Shown piece after piece: positions 26,694-36,130 of a stretch of 41,543 bases of DNA; position 1 is the stretch's first letter, and every line of letters starts with the position of its first letter. The notes below the pieces were generated by a model that saw nothing but the letters and a program-made list of their open reading frames with translations, did not search any database and was not told where the DNA came from. The stretch comes from Deltaproteobacteria bacterium (lineage in GTDB: Bacteria > Desulfobacterota > Deferrimicrobia > Deferrimicrobiales > Deferrimicrobiaceae): contig JAQBCN010000060.1 of NCBI GenBank assembly GCA_032125195.1, forward strand, positions 1-41,543, given 5' to 3'. The position numbers and the translations under genes are program-made.

Positions 26694-28706
26694 TTAGCTC
26701 CGCAGCACCACCCGGGCGTCGGCGATCGACAGCCCCCGCGGGTGGACGATGACCGGGTTGAGGTCCATCTCCTCGATCTCCGGGTGGGACGCGAGGAAGG
26801 CCGACAGCCGCATCAGGAGGTCCCTCAGGGCGTCGAGGTCCCCGGCGGGCTTCCCGCGGAGCCCCGTGAGCGCCTTGTACCCCCGGATCTCGCGGATCAT
26901 CCCGACGGCGTCCTCCTCCGAGAGCGGCGTGACGCGGAACGAGACGTCCTTCATCACCTCGACGAAGATCCCCCCGAGGCCGAACATCACGGCGTGGCCG
27001 AACTGGGGGTCCTTCGTGACGCCGACGATCACCTCGTGCCCGGCGGGCGCCATCGCGCAGACGAGCGCGCCTCCGGTCCGCGCGCCGAGCCTTCCTTCCG
27101 CCGCGCGGATCGACCGGAACGCCGAGCGGACGCCGGCGTCGTCGGCCACGTTGAGGAAGACGCCCCCGGCGTCGCTCTTGTGCGTGACGTCGGGTGAGTT
27201 CATCTTCACCGCCACGGGGAAGCCGATCCCGTGGGCCGCGGCGACCGCCTCGTCCTCGGTCCCGGCGCGCCGGAAGCGGGTCAACGGGAAGCCGGCGCGG
27301 GCGAGGAACTCCATCGAGTCGGCGGGAGTCATCGCCGTCCCCGACGTCGCCTCCCCGTGTCCCGCCTCTTCCATCGAGAGCGGAAAGAGGTCGCGGCGGA
27401 ACCGGACGTGGCACGAGAGGGCCTTCACGGCCCGCTCGGGCGTGGGGAAGACGGCGATCTTCTTCTCGTGGAACAGCACCCGTTCCGCGCGCTCCACGTC
27501 GGCGCCGCCGAGGTAGGCTACCAGCTCGCAGCGGCCGGGGCGGACCACTTCGGAAGCCCCGGGGATCGGGTCGCCGAAGATCGTCATCACCGCGTCGAAC
27601 TCCCCTTCCGCCGCGTCGAGCACGTTCCGGTAGCGGGCGGCGTCGGTGTCCCCGGTGAGATCGAGGGGGTTGCCTACGATGCAGTGGGAGGGGAGGATCT
27701 CGCGGAGTTTTCCGGAGAGTTCGCCGGAAAGCGGGGTGACGCGCAGCCCTTCCTCCTCGGCCACGTCGGTGGCGATGATCGCGGACCCCCCGGAGCTCGT
27801 GACGATCAGCATTCGCGGACCCTCGGGAGGCGGGACGTAGGCGAGGGCTTTCGCGAAGTCGTACAGCTCCTCGAGCGTGTCGGCGCGGTGCACGCCGTTC
27901 TGCCGGAAGACGGCGTCGTAGATCTCGTCGCGCCCCGCGAGCGACCGGGTGTGCGACTCCGCCGCCTTGCGCCCCCGCTCGGTCCGCCCGGCCTTGAAGA
28001 TCACGATCGGCTTCGTGCAGGCGCGGACGGCGGAGAGGAACTTCGGCGCGTCCTTCACCCCTTCGATGTAGAGCGCGATCACCTTCGTGTGCGGGTCCTC
28101 CGCGAAGAAGGCGATCAGGTCCGCCTCGTCGACGTCCGAACGGTTCCCCATGCTGACGAAGGCGGAGAACCCGAGCCGCTCTTCCGAGGCCCAGTCGATC
28201 AGAGCGGCGCCGACGGTGCCGCTTTGGGAGACGATCGCGATCTCCCCCCGCCGGGTGATCAGGGGCCACGAGGCGCACACGCCGTGGTACGGGTAGTTCA
28301 CGCCCTGGCAATTCGGCCCCACCACGCGGATCCCCGCCTCCTCCGCGGCCTTTGTCATCTCCGCCTGGAGCGTCGCCCCGGGCTCGCCGGACTCGGCGAA
28401 CCCCCCCGTGATCACGATCGCCGACTTCACCTTCCGCCCCCCCAGTTCCCGCATCGTCCCGGGGACGAGCTTCGCGGGGATGATCACGACCGCGAGGTCG
28501 GTCCCCTCGGGGAGATCGGCGGCGGACTTTACGGAGGGGACGCCCAGGATCACCTCCCCCTTCGGGTTCACGGGGACGATTTCGCCGGCGTAGCCGGCCT
28601 CCTTGATGTTGCGGAAGATCTGGAACCCCATCTTGTCGGGGTTCGAGGATGCGCCGATCACGGCGATCCGGGAGGGACGAAACAGGGGAGACAGGGGAGA
28701 GGTCAT
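26694..28706 (-). CDS. Acetate/acyl-CoA ligase (ADP-forming), fused alpha-beta
   Basis: CoA-binding LFRPSRIAVIGAS, GPNCQG, SQSG, SMGN, phospho-His motif ESHT, and ATP-grasp GFPVAVK..HKSDAGGV, DPQFG and EMDLNP. Start at ATG 28706. Confidence 0.9.
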   Translation of the reverse strand: MTSPLSPLFRPSRIAVIGASSNPDKMGFQIFRNIKEAGYAGEIVPVNPKGEVILGVPSVKSAADLPEGTDLAVVIIPAKLVPGTMRELGGRKVKSAIVITGGFAESGEPGATLQAEMTKAAEEAGIRVVGPNCQGVNYPYHGVCASWPLITRRGEIAIVSQSGTVGAALIDWASEERLGFSAFVSMGNRSDVDEADLIAFFAEDPHTKVIALYIEGVKDAPKFLSAVRACTKPIVIFKAGRTERGRKAAESHTRSLAGRDEIYDAVFRQNGVHRADTLEELYDFAKALAYVPPPEGPRMLIVTSSGGSAIIATDVAEEEGLRVTPLSGELSGKLREILPSHCIVGNPLDLTGDTDAARYRNVLDAAEGEFDAVMTIFGDPIPGASEVVRPGRCELVAYLGGADVERAERVLFHEKKIAVFPTPERAVKALSCHVRFRRDLFPLSMEEAGHGEATSGTAMTPADSMEFLARAGFPLTRFRRAGTEDEAVAAAHGIGFPVAVKMNSPDVTHKSDAGGVFLNVADDAGVRSAFRSIRAAEGRLGARTGGALVCAMAPAGHEVIVGVTKDPQFGHAVMFGLGGIFVEVMKDVSFRVTPLSEEDAVGMIREIRGYKALTGLRGKPAGDLDALRDLLMRLSAFLASHPEIEEMDLNPVIVHPRGLSIADARVVLRS

Positions 28707-28723
28707 CCGCGTGCTCCTTTCGG

Positions 28724-29944
28724 TCAGTAGACGAGGCGGGCGCGGATCGTGTTGGGGATCCGCCGGAGGTCTTCCACGATCCCGAGGTCGCACCCCTGCG
28801 CCACGTCGATCAGCGCGTACCCCAGGCGTCCGCGCGTCTCGAGCCGCTGCCCGGCGATGTTCATGCCGTTCCGCGCGAAGAGGTCGTTGATCTGCGCCAG
28901 CATCCCGGGGAGGTTCTCATGGACGTGGGCGAACCGGTGGCGCTGGGAGGTCGAGGAGGGGGAGAGGACCGGAAAGTTCACGCTCGTGGACGTGCTCCCC
29001 GTCGACAGGTATTCGAGAAGCGTCGCCGCCACGAATCCTCCGATCCCCTGCTGCGCCTCCTCGGTCGAACCGCCGATGTGGGGGGTCAGGATCACGTTCG
29101 GGAGCCCCTGAAGCGGCGAGGAGAAGGGGTCCTTGTTGGAGCGGGGCTCCTCCGGGAATACGTCCACCGCCGCGCCGCGGACCTTCCCGGCGCGCACGTT
29201 CCGCGCGAGCGCCTCCACGTCCATCACGAAGCCGCGGCTCAGGTTCAGGAAGATCACCCCGTTCTTCATCGCCGCGAATTCCCGCTCCCCGACGAGCCCC
29301 CGGTTTTCCTCCCGTCCGTCGACGTGGACGGTGACGATGTCCGAGACCCGGAGAAGTTCCTCCAGGGAGGATTTCCGGGCGTTCCCCAGCGAAAGCTTCT
29401 CCACGAGGTCGTGGTAGTACACCTCCATCCCCATCGCTTCCGCAAGGATGGAGAGTTGGGAGCCGATGTTCCCGTACCCGACGATCCCGAGTTTCTTCCC
29501 CCGGATCTCGTGGAACCCTTCCGAGGACTTCCCCCATACCCCCCGGTGGAGGTCATTGCTGCGGTCGAAGACGCCGCGCAGGAGCAGGACCATCTCGCCC
29601 AGGGCAAGCTCGACCACGCTGCGGGTGTTGCTGTAGGGGGCGTTGAAGACCGCCACCCCGCGCCGGCTGCACGCCTCGAGGTCGACCTGCTCCGTCCCGA
29701 TGCAGAACGCGCCGATGGCCAGAAGATCCGGGGCGCGCTCCAGAAGGTCGGCGGTAACACGGGTTTTCGAGCGGATCCCGAGAACGGAGATGTCCCCGAT
29801 CTCCTGGGCGAGCACCTTCCGGGGGGGGCTGTGCGGCACCCGCTCCACGGCGTGCCCCGCCGCCGCGAAGACCGCCCCCGCGTCGGGGTGGATGTTCTCC
29901 AGCAGCAGGATCTTCATCGCATGCCGAGGGGAGCCACGCGGCAT
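28724..29944 (-). CDS. serA: D-3-phosphoglycerate dehydrogenase with C-terminal ACT domain
   Basis: Motifs KILLLENIH, GIRSKT, FCIGT, FNAPYSNTRSVVEL, GYGNIG, DVFPEEP, TPHIGGSTEEAQ and HENLPGMLAQIN. Start is ATG 29944 (TGATG overlap with the upstream gene) or ATG 29917. Confidence 0.9.
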   Translation of the reverse strand: MPRGSPRHAMKILLLENIHPDAGAVFAAAGHAVERVPHSPPRKVLAQEIGDISVLGIRSKTRVTADLLERAPDLLAIGAFCIGTEQVDLEACSRRGVAVFNAPYSNTRSVVELALGEMVLLLRGVFDRSNDLHRGVWGKSSEGFHEIRGKKLGIVGYGNIGSQLSILAEAMGMEVYYHDLVEKLSLGNARKSSLEELLRVSDIVTVHVDGREENRGLVGEREFAAMKNGVIFLNLSRGFVMDVEALARNVRAGKVRGAAVDVFPEEPRSNKDPFSSPLQGLPNVILTPHIGGSTEEAQQGIGGFVAATLLEYLSTGSTSTSVNFPVLSPSSTSQRHRFAHVHENLPGMLAQINDLFARNGMNIAGQRLETRGRLGYALIDVAQGCDLGIVEDLRRIPNTIRARLVY

Positions 29945-30831
29945 CAGGATCGGCAGACGGGGCAGGAGGGGGAACCCCCTTGTTCCGCCCGGCGGCGGTC
30001 CTCCTCGTCCTGGTACTGCGGGACGTCGTGGCGGGGCGTACGGCCGTCTCCTTCCGCGAACGCCTTCGCTTTCCACTCCTCATCCTCCGACCAGCGGAAC
30101 GGAAGTTCCTTCATGGAGCCCGGGGTCGTCATCGTCTCGAAGGAGGAGAGCGCCTCGACCAGAATCCGGTGCTGCAGGTCGGGCGCGTGCGGCTTGCCGG
30201 TCGTGTGCCCGAGGGGAAAGTCGAGGAACGCCGCGCGGGGGGGGTTGACCGCTTCCGTGATGTCCCGCGCGCTCGTCATGCAGAGCGTCGGTATCCCGGC
30301 GGCCTCCGCGTGCCTTGCGACCAGTCCCACGGACTGGTGGCAGACGGGTCAAACGGGTACCAGCAGGACCGCGTCGACGCCATCCTCGAGGAACCGCGTG
30401 GTCAGACGCGGGGCCAGGTCCTCGGTGACGCGGCGGGAGGAGTAGATTCCTCCCATGAACGCGTGGAAGCGGCTCGCCAGTCCCCCGAGGAACCCCTCCC
30501 GCACAAGGCGGCGCAGCGTGTCGATCGGGAAGACGACGTTCGGGTCCGTGCGCGCGTTGGACAGGTCGTAGGCGAAGTGGGTCGCGCGCAGTTCCTTCGT
30601 GTCGATGTCCGTCGGGATTTCGCGCAACGAGGTGTCGTCCTTGTAGTGGAACGCCACCTGCCCGGCGGCGTAGATCCCCCCCGAGGCGACCAAACCCAGC
30701 CGGCATTGCGAAAGGGGCTTGCGAAGCGGCGCCCACGGCGCGGTGTCCCGGTTGACCACCCAGTTGTACGACTTGTACCCAAGCCTCGCGTAGTTGTCGC
30801 GGATCCTCGGAATGTAGTCGACGGGCCCCAT
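29944..30831 (-). CDS. PrdB/GrdB-family (proline/glycine reductase selenoprotein B-like) selenoprotein, UPVC motif (TGA 30349-30351)
   Basis: ORFs 30349..30852 and 29944..30330 are in frame: DGVDAVLLVPV-[TGA]-PVCHQSVGLVARHAEAAGIPT...NPPR...FPLG. The N-half has PLRKPLSQCRLGLVASGG and DPNVVFPIDTLR. SD GGAGG precedes ATG 30831 and a TAGAAT -10 lies at 30851-30856. SECIS-like hairpin present. 295 aa. Confidence 0.88.
30320..30351 (-). promoter_or_regulatory. Bacterial SECIS-like element of the PrdB-like gene
   Basis: mRNA reads UGA + 10 nt + ACCAGUCC-GUG-GGACUGGU, a perfect 8-bp stem (30320-30338), extendable with UGC/GCA. Confidence 0.8.
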
Positions 30832-30943
30832 GATTCCCTCCGTGCCCTGCATTCTACCGCAGAACGGGTATTCGCGAGGAGGGAGGGAAACGGCGGGAGG
30901 GCGTCCGGGCCCGCGAGCCCGGGCGCCCCGTGTGCCGGCGGGT

Positions 30944-31432
30944 CTACCTCGCCATGCCGGCGAAGATGTCGCCTTCCTCCATTCGGGCGGCGTGGATCTT
31001 CTCCGGTTTGACCAGGAATACCGGCCGCTTCGTGGTGTAAACCACTCTTTCCGCCGTGCTTCCGAGCAGCGTCCGCGCGAGGGCCGTTCCCCCGTGGGTG
31101 CTCATCACGATGCAGTCGACATCCTCGCTGTGGGCGGTCGCGAGGATCCCGGCGTACGGTTCCCCGGAAGGGACCAGGACCCGGGATTTCACGGAGATCG
31201 CTGCGAGCCGTTTGCCGATCTTCTCGAGATACGCCGTCGCCCGTTCCACGGCTTCGCCGTACGCCCTCGACTCCTCGGTCTGTCCGGCCTCCGGAGCCTT
31301 CTCGAGAGGCACCGGTACGACCTTCAGGAGAAGCACCTCGGCACCCGTTCCTTCCGTCATCTTCTCGACCTGATCGATTGCCCGCTCCGCGAGCGCGGAC
31401 CCGTCCAAAGGCACCAGGATTTTCTTGAACAT
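30944..31432 (-). CDS. Universal stress protein (UspA family)
   Basis: Motifs MFKKILVPLDGS, DCIVMSTHG and LLGSTAERVV...PVFLV. Confidence 0.9.
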   Translation of the reverse strand: MFKKILVPLDGSALAERAIDQVEKMTEGTGAEVLLLKVVPVPLEKAPEAGQTEESRAYGEAVERATAYLEKIGKRLAAISVKSRVLVPSGEPYAGILATAHSEDVDCIVMSTHGGTALARTLLGSTAERVVYTTKRPVFLVKPEKIHAARMEEGDIFAGMAR

Positions 31433-31582
31433 TTTGGGCCTCCTTTCGGTGGGGATCTTATTTCGGTTAACGGACCGACGGGACGGGGGTACGTCCGAGG
31501 AAATCGGTTGCCGGGGGTGCGGCAGAGATGGAAGGGGTCATCGGTGGAAGGGACATGGCACACCCCCGGCAAGACGTATTGC

Positions 31583-31597
31583 TGTATACAGTATACA
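31583..31597. promoter_or_regulatory. Palindromic operator TGTATAC-A-GTATACA (GntR-family-like) between usp and the RND operon
   Basis: Perfect 7-1-7 inverted repeat, AT-rich, in the divergent intergenic region about 80 nt upstream of the RND adaptor gene. Confidence 0.6.
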
Positions 31598-31677
31598 ACC
31601 CATCGCGGGGGCGTCAACCGGATATCCGGGCGGGCCGCTTTCTGCCATTGCCCGATCCCGTGGCACCGTCGTAAACT

Positions 31678-32913
31678 ATGATGATGATCAAAGAATCCCG
31701 AAGTTCCACGGATTTCCGCACGCTTGTGCCGCTCGGCGCCCTGCTGCTTGCCGTTTCCTGCATTGCCTGCGGAAAGGACACGACGTCGGCGAGCGCGGCG
31801 GCGCGCGCGAAGGCCGAGGAACCGCGCCCGGTGCGCGTCGTAGCCGCCGCGGTCGGTCCTCTTCCGCGGACGGTGACCGTCACCGGGACGCTCGCCGCCG
31901 ACGAGGAGGTCGTCGCGGGGTTCAAGGTCGCCGGCCGCGTGAGCGAAATCGCGGCAGACCTGGGCAGCCCGGTGCGGAAGGGGCAGGTCCTCGCCCGCCT
32001 CGACCCGACGGATTTCCGTCTTCGCGTGGAGCAGGCCGAAGCCGCCCTCCGCCAGGTTCGCGCCGGGCTGGGACTCCCCAGGGACGGTTCGGGCGAAAGC
32101 GTCGACCCGGAGAAGACCGCGCTGGTCCGCGAGGCCCGGGCGGTGCTGGAGGAGGCGCGCCTGAACCGGGATCGCATGGCGCGGCTCTGGGAAAAGAATT
32201 ACATCGCCCGGTCCGAGGCCGACGCTTCCGTGTCCAGGCTCCTGGTCGCCGAGAGCCGCTACCAGGCCGCCCTTGAGGAGATCCGGAACCGTCAGGAGCT
32301 GCTTGCGGAGCGGAGTTCCGGCCTCGCGCTGGCCCGCCAGCAGCTGGCCGACGCGGTGCTGAGCGCTCCGATCGACGGGGCCGTGCGGGAGCGCAAGGCT
32401 TCGGTGGGCGAGTATCTCGCGGCCGGCGCTCCGGTGTTCGCGCTGGTCCGGGTCCACCCGCTCCGGCTTCGGGTGGCCGTTCCCGAGCGGGACGCATCCT
32501 CCGTGCGGATCGGGCAGGCGGTCCGGGTCCTTCTGGAGGGAGACCCGGCCGCGCACCCCGGCCGCGTGGCCCGCCTGAGTCCGTCCATCCAGGAGCAGAA
32601 CCGCACGCTGATCGTCGAAGCCGAGGTGGCGAACCCGGACGGGAAGCTTCGCCCCGGCTCGTTCGCCCGCGCCGAGATCGTGGTCGAGGCCGACCGCACC
32701 GCCGTCATGCTTCCGGCCTCGGCGGTGGTGACCTTCGCCGGCCTCGAGAAGGTGTTCGTCGTGAAGGACGGGAAGGCCGTGGAACAGCGGATCCGGACCG
32801 GCCGTCGTTCCGGCGATCGGCTGGAGATCCTCGAAGGGGTCGCTGCCGGCGCGCAGGTTGTGACCGACCCCGGAAACCTGGTCGGCGGGATGCCTGTCAC
32901 CGTGACCCGGTAG
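31678..32913 (+). CDS. RND efflux periplasmic adaptor (membrane fusion protein)
   Basis: Lipoprotein-like signal LLLAVSCIACG. Motifs VAGRV..DLGSPVRKGQVLARLD, a long helical hairpin, APIDGAV, LRPGSF and EILEGV. Confidence 0.9.
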   Translation: MMMIKESRSSTDFRTLVPLGALLLAVSCIACGKDTTSASAAARAKAEEPRPVRVVAAAVGPLPRTVTVTGTLAADEEVVAGFKVAGRVSEIAADLGSPVRKGQVLARLDPTDFRLRVEQAEAALRQVRAGLGLPRDGSGESVDPEKTALVREARAVLEEARLNRDRMARLWEKNYIARSEADASVSRLLVAESRYQAALEEIRNRQELLAERSSGLALARQQLADAVLSAPIDGAVRERKASVGEYLAAGAPVFALVRVHPLRLRVAVPERDASSVRIGQAVRVLLEGDPAAHPGRVARLSPSIQEQNRTLIVEAEVANPDGKLRPGSFARAEIVVEADRTAVMLPASAVVTFAGLEKVFVVKDGKAVEQRIRTGRRSGDRLEILEGVAAGAQVVTDPGNLVGGMPVTVTR

Positions 32914-32920
32914 CCCGTTC

Positions 32921-35900
32921 TTGCAGAAGCTCGCCGAAATCTGCATCCGCCGCCCGGTCTTCGCGGCGATGCTCATCCTTGCTCTGGTGGTCGTCGGCGG
33001 GACCAGCTACCTCCGCCTCGGCGTCGACCGGTTCCCCTCGGTCGACCTGCCCACCGTCTCGATCCGGACCCAGCTCCCCGGCGCCTCCGCGGAAGAGGTG
33101 GAAAGCGAGATCTCCAAGCGGATCGAGGAAGTGGTCAACACCGTCGAGGGGATCGACGAGCTGCGGTCGATCTCGGGGCCGGGCTCCTCCGTCGTGATCG
33201 TCACCTTCAACCTGAAAAGGGACATCGACACGGCGGCCCAGGATGTGCGGGATCGCGTCGCCACCATCCTAAAGGACCTGCCGAAGGATGCGACGCCGCC
33301 CCTGGTTTCGAAGTTCGACAACGACCAGCAGCCGGTCCTGACGGTGGCGCTGGCCGGCGATCGTCCCCTCCGCGAGCTGACCGAACTGGCGGACAAGGTG
33401 GTGAAGATCCGCCTCGAGCGGTCGGCGGGCGTGGGCGAAGTGCGGATCATCGGCGGTTTGGAACGCTCCGTCAACGTCTGGGTCGAGGCCGACCGGCTGG
33501 CCGCCTTCGGCATCCCCGTCACCGATGTGCGCGACGCCATCGTCCGGCAGAACGCCGACGCGGCCGGGGGGAACGTGACCCTGGGAGCGCGGGAGTCGAC
33601 GCTCCGGACGATCGGCCGCCTGGCCGACCCTCGCGCCTTCGACGACCTGGTGGTCGCCACGATCGGCGGGGCGCCCGTCCGCATCCGGGACATCGGCCGG
33701 GTGGAGGACGGGACCCGGGAACAGCGCTCCACCGCCCGGTTGAACGGCGTCCCCACGGTGATCCTCGAGGTGCGGCGCCAGTCGGGGGCCAACACCGTCG
33801 CCGTCATCGAGGACGCCAAGCGAGGCCTCGCCACCGCCGCCTCCGAGCTCCCCGCCGGGGTCGGCATCACGGTGGTCCAGGACCAGTCCCGCTATATCTA
33901 CTCGGCCCTGCACGAGATCAACGTGCACCTGATCCTCGGGAGCATTCTGGCCTCCCTGGTCGTCTTCGCCTTCATGCGAAGCTGGCGGTCGACCGTGATC
34001 GCCGCGGTCGCCATCCCGGCGTCGGTGATCTCGACCTTCGGGATGATGTGGGTTCTCCACTTCACGCTGAACAGCGTGACGATGCTCGCCCTGGTCCTCA
34101 TGGTCGGGATCGTGATCGACGACGCGATCGTCGTCCTTGAGAACATCTTCCGGTTCGTCGAGGAGAAGGGGATGCCGCCGTTCGAAGCCGCGCGGGCCGC
34201 CACGGCGGACATCGGGCTGGCGGTGATGGCGACGACCTTTTCGCTGGTGGTCATCTTCATCCCGGTGTCGTTCATGTCGAGCATCTCCGGCCGCTTCCTC
34301 TACCAGTTCGGCATCACCGCGGCCGTCGCGGTCCTCGTGAGCCTGCTCGTCTCCTTCACCCTGACCCCCATGATGAGCGCCCGTCTGCTGGGGGGCGGCG
34401 CGGGGCGGACGCAGGGCGCGCCGAAGTCCCGGGGCGGATTCTATCGGCGGCTCGACGCCGGGTACGAGCGGCTGCTTTCCCTGTCCCTCCGCCACCGGGG
34501 GGCCGTGGTGCTGGTCTCGCTGGGCGTCATGCTTTCGGCCATCCCCCTGTACGGCCTGATCCGCCTGGACTACCTCCCCGCGAACGCGGACGAGGGGGAG
34601 TTCGACGTGAGGGTGAGCGCCCCCCAAGGCACGAGCCTGGCCGGCATGGACGGGATCATGAACGACATCGTCGCGGAGGTCCGGGCCGTCCCCGGAGTGC
34701 GGATGGTGCTCTCGACCGCGGGGGGTGGGTGGATCGGCGGGGTGAGCGAGGGGAGGGCGTACGTCCAGCTCGCGCCGCACGGGGAGCGCATCTTCTCGCT
34801 CTCCCGGCTGCTGGCGGGCACCGCGGGGGGGAACCCCCTCGAGGCGTTCCGCGGGAACCGCTCCCAGCTGGAAGTGATGCAGGAGGTGCGCCGGAGACTC
34901 CGCAAGTACCGCGATCTCCGCGTCTCGGTCCGGAACCCCACCGGATTCAACATCGGCGGCGGATCCTTCGATATCGACTTCGTCCTCAAGGGACCCGACC
35001 TCAAGGCGCTTTCGACGTACGCGGAGAGCCTGCGGGACCGCCAGGAATCCCTCGGGATCCTCGACGCCGACACGACGCTGAAGCTCGACAAGCCCGAGCT
35101 GCGGGTCGAGATCGACCGCGCCCGCGCGGCGGACCTTCGCGTCGACCCGGAGCGGATCGGCACGGCGGTCCGGCTCCTGGTCGGCGGGGACGAGGAGGTC
35201 TCGCGTTTCAAGGATCCGTCCAACAACGAGGACTACAAAGTCGCGCTCCGGCTCCGCGAGGAGGACCGGGCCGACCCCGGGACGATCGGGAGGCTCCTGG
35301 TCCCGCGGGAGGGCGGAGGGGTGGCGCAGCTCGACAGCGTGGCGCGGATCGAGCGGGTTCCGAGCGCGTCGAGGATCGACCGTCTCGACCGGCAGCGCGA
35401 GGTTCGCCTCCGGGCCTCGGTGGCCCCCGGCTTCGCGCTGGCCGACCGGCTGGAGGCGCTGCGCGCCGCGGTGGCCTCGATGAACCTGCCCGCCGCCTAC
35501 ACGACGCGCGTTTCCGGGAAGGGACGGGAGCTCGAGCGGACGTTCGGCGAGTTCGCCTGGGCCTTCGCCCTGTCGATCGTCTTCATGTACATGATCCTTG
35601 CCTCGCAGTTCGAGAACCTGGTCCACCCCTTCACCATCCTGCTCTCCATCCCGCTCTGCATCCCCTTCGCGCTTCTCTCGATCTGGCTCACGGGGAACAC
35701 CCTGAACCTCTACTCGGCGCTCGGGATCCTCGTCCTGTTCGGGGTGGTCAAGAAAAACGCCATCCTCCAGATCGACCATATGAACAGCCTTCGGGCGGGG
35801 GGGATGGACCGGGCGTCGGCGATCCTCCAGGGGAACCGGGACCGGCTTCGGCCGATCCTCATGACGACGCTCACGTTCGTGGCCGGAATGCTCCCGCTGG

Positions 35901-36097
35901 CGGTCGGCTCCGGCCCGGGCGCCTCGGAGCGGCGTGTGATCGCCATTGTCGTCATCGGCGGCCAGACGCTCTCGCTCCTGCTGACGCTGCTGGCGACGCC
36001 GGTCGTCTACTCGCTGCTCGACGACCTGGGCCTCGCGATCCGGGAGCGGAAGGGAATTGCTATCCGTTCAATATTTTGGTGGAATGAACCGAGGTAA
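32921..36097 (+). CDS. RND efflux permease (AcrB/HAE1-like)
   Basis: 1058 aa, TTG start. Motifs IRRPVFA, FP.VDLP, GIVIDDAIVVLEN, SFTLTPMM, LASQFE, VKKNAIL and RLRPILMTT. Confidence 0.93.
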   Translation: MQKLAEICIRRPVFAAMLILALVVVGGTSYLRLGVDRFPSVDLPTVSIRTQLPGASAEEVESEISKRIEEVVNTVEGIDELRSISGPGSSVVIVTFNLKRDIDTAAQDVRDRVATILKDLPKDATPPLVSKFDNDQQPVLTVALAGDRPLRELTELADKVVKIRLERSAGVGEVRIIGGLERSVNVWVEADRLAAFGIPVTDVRDAIVRQNADAAGGNVTLGARESTLRTIGRLADPRAFDDLVVATIGGAPVRIRDIGRVEDGTREQRSTARLNGVPTVILEVRRQSGANTVAVIEDAKRGLATAASELPAGVGITVVQDQSRYIYSALHEINVHLILGSILASLVVFAFMRSWRSTVIAAVAIPASVISTFGMMWVLHFTLNSVTMLALVLMVGIVIDDAIVVLENIFRFVEEKGMPPFEAARAATADIGLAVMATTFSLVVIFIPVSFMSSISGRFLYQFGITAAVAVLVSLLVSFTLTPMMSARLLGGGAGRTQGAPKSRGGFYRRLDAGYERLLSLSLRHRGAVVLVSLGVMLSAIPLYGLIRLDYLPANADEGEFDVRVSAPQGTSLAGMDGIMNDIVAEVRAVPGVRMVLSTAGGGWIGGVSEGRAYVQLAPHGERIFSLSRLLAGTAGGNPLEAFRGNRSQLEVMQEVRRRLRKYRDLRVSVRNPTGFNIGGGSFDIDFVLKGPDLKALSTYAESLRDRQESLGILDADTTLKLDKPELRVEIDRARAADLRVDPERIGTAVRLLVGGDEEVSRFKDPSNNEDYKVALRLREEDRADPGTIGRLLVPREGGGVAQLDSVARIERVPSASRIDRLDRQREVRLRASVAPGFALADRLEALRAAVASMNLPAAYTTRVSGKGRELERTFGEFAWAFALSIVFMYMILASQFENLVHPFTILLSIPLCIPFALLSIWLTGNTLNLYSALGILVLFGVVKKNAILQIDHMNSLRAGGMDRASAILQGNRDRLRPILMTTLTFVAGMLPLAVGSGPGASERRVIAIVVIGGQTLSLLLTLLATPVVYSLLDDLGLAIRERKGIAIRSIFWWNEPR

Positions 36098-36130
36098 GCC
36101 GCTTCGAACCGAAGGAATGGGGGGAAGCCG

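Noticed and set aside
11469-30852. Treating the three TGA-split genes (DsbA-like, fdnG, PrdB-like) as pseudogenes or as pairs of separate ORFs
   Set aside because: Each TGA is in frame, sits at the catalytic Cys/Sec position, is followed by a SECIS-like hairpin, and both halves are otherwise intact.
31556-31571. TGGCACACCCCCGGCA as a sigma-54 promoter for the RND operon
   Set aside because: GG-N10-GC spacing is correct, but the -12 element lacks the conserved TT and no enhancer dyads were seen. Too weak to call.
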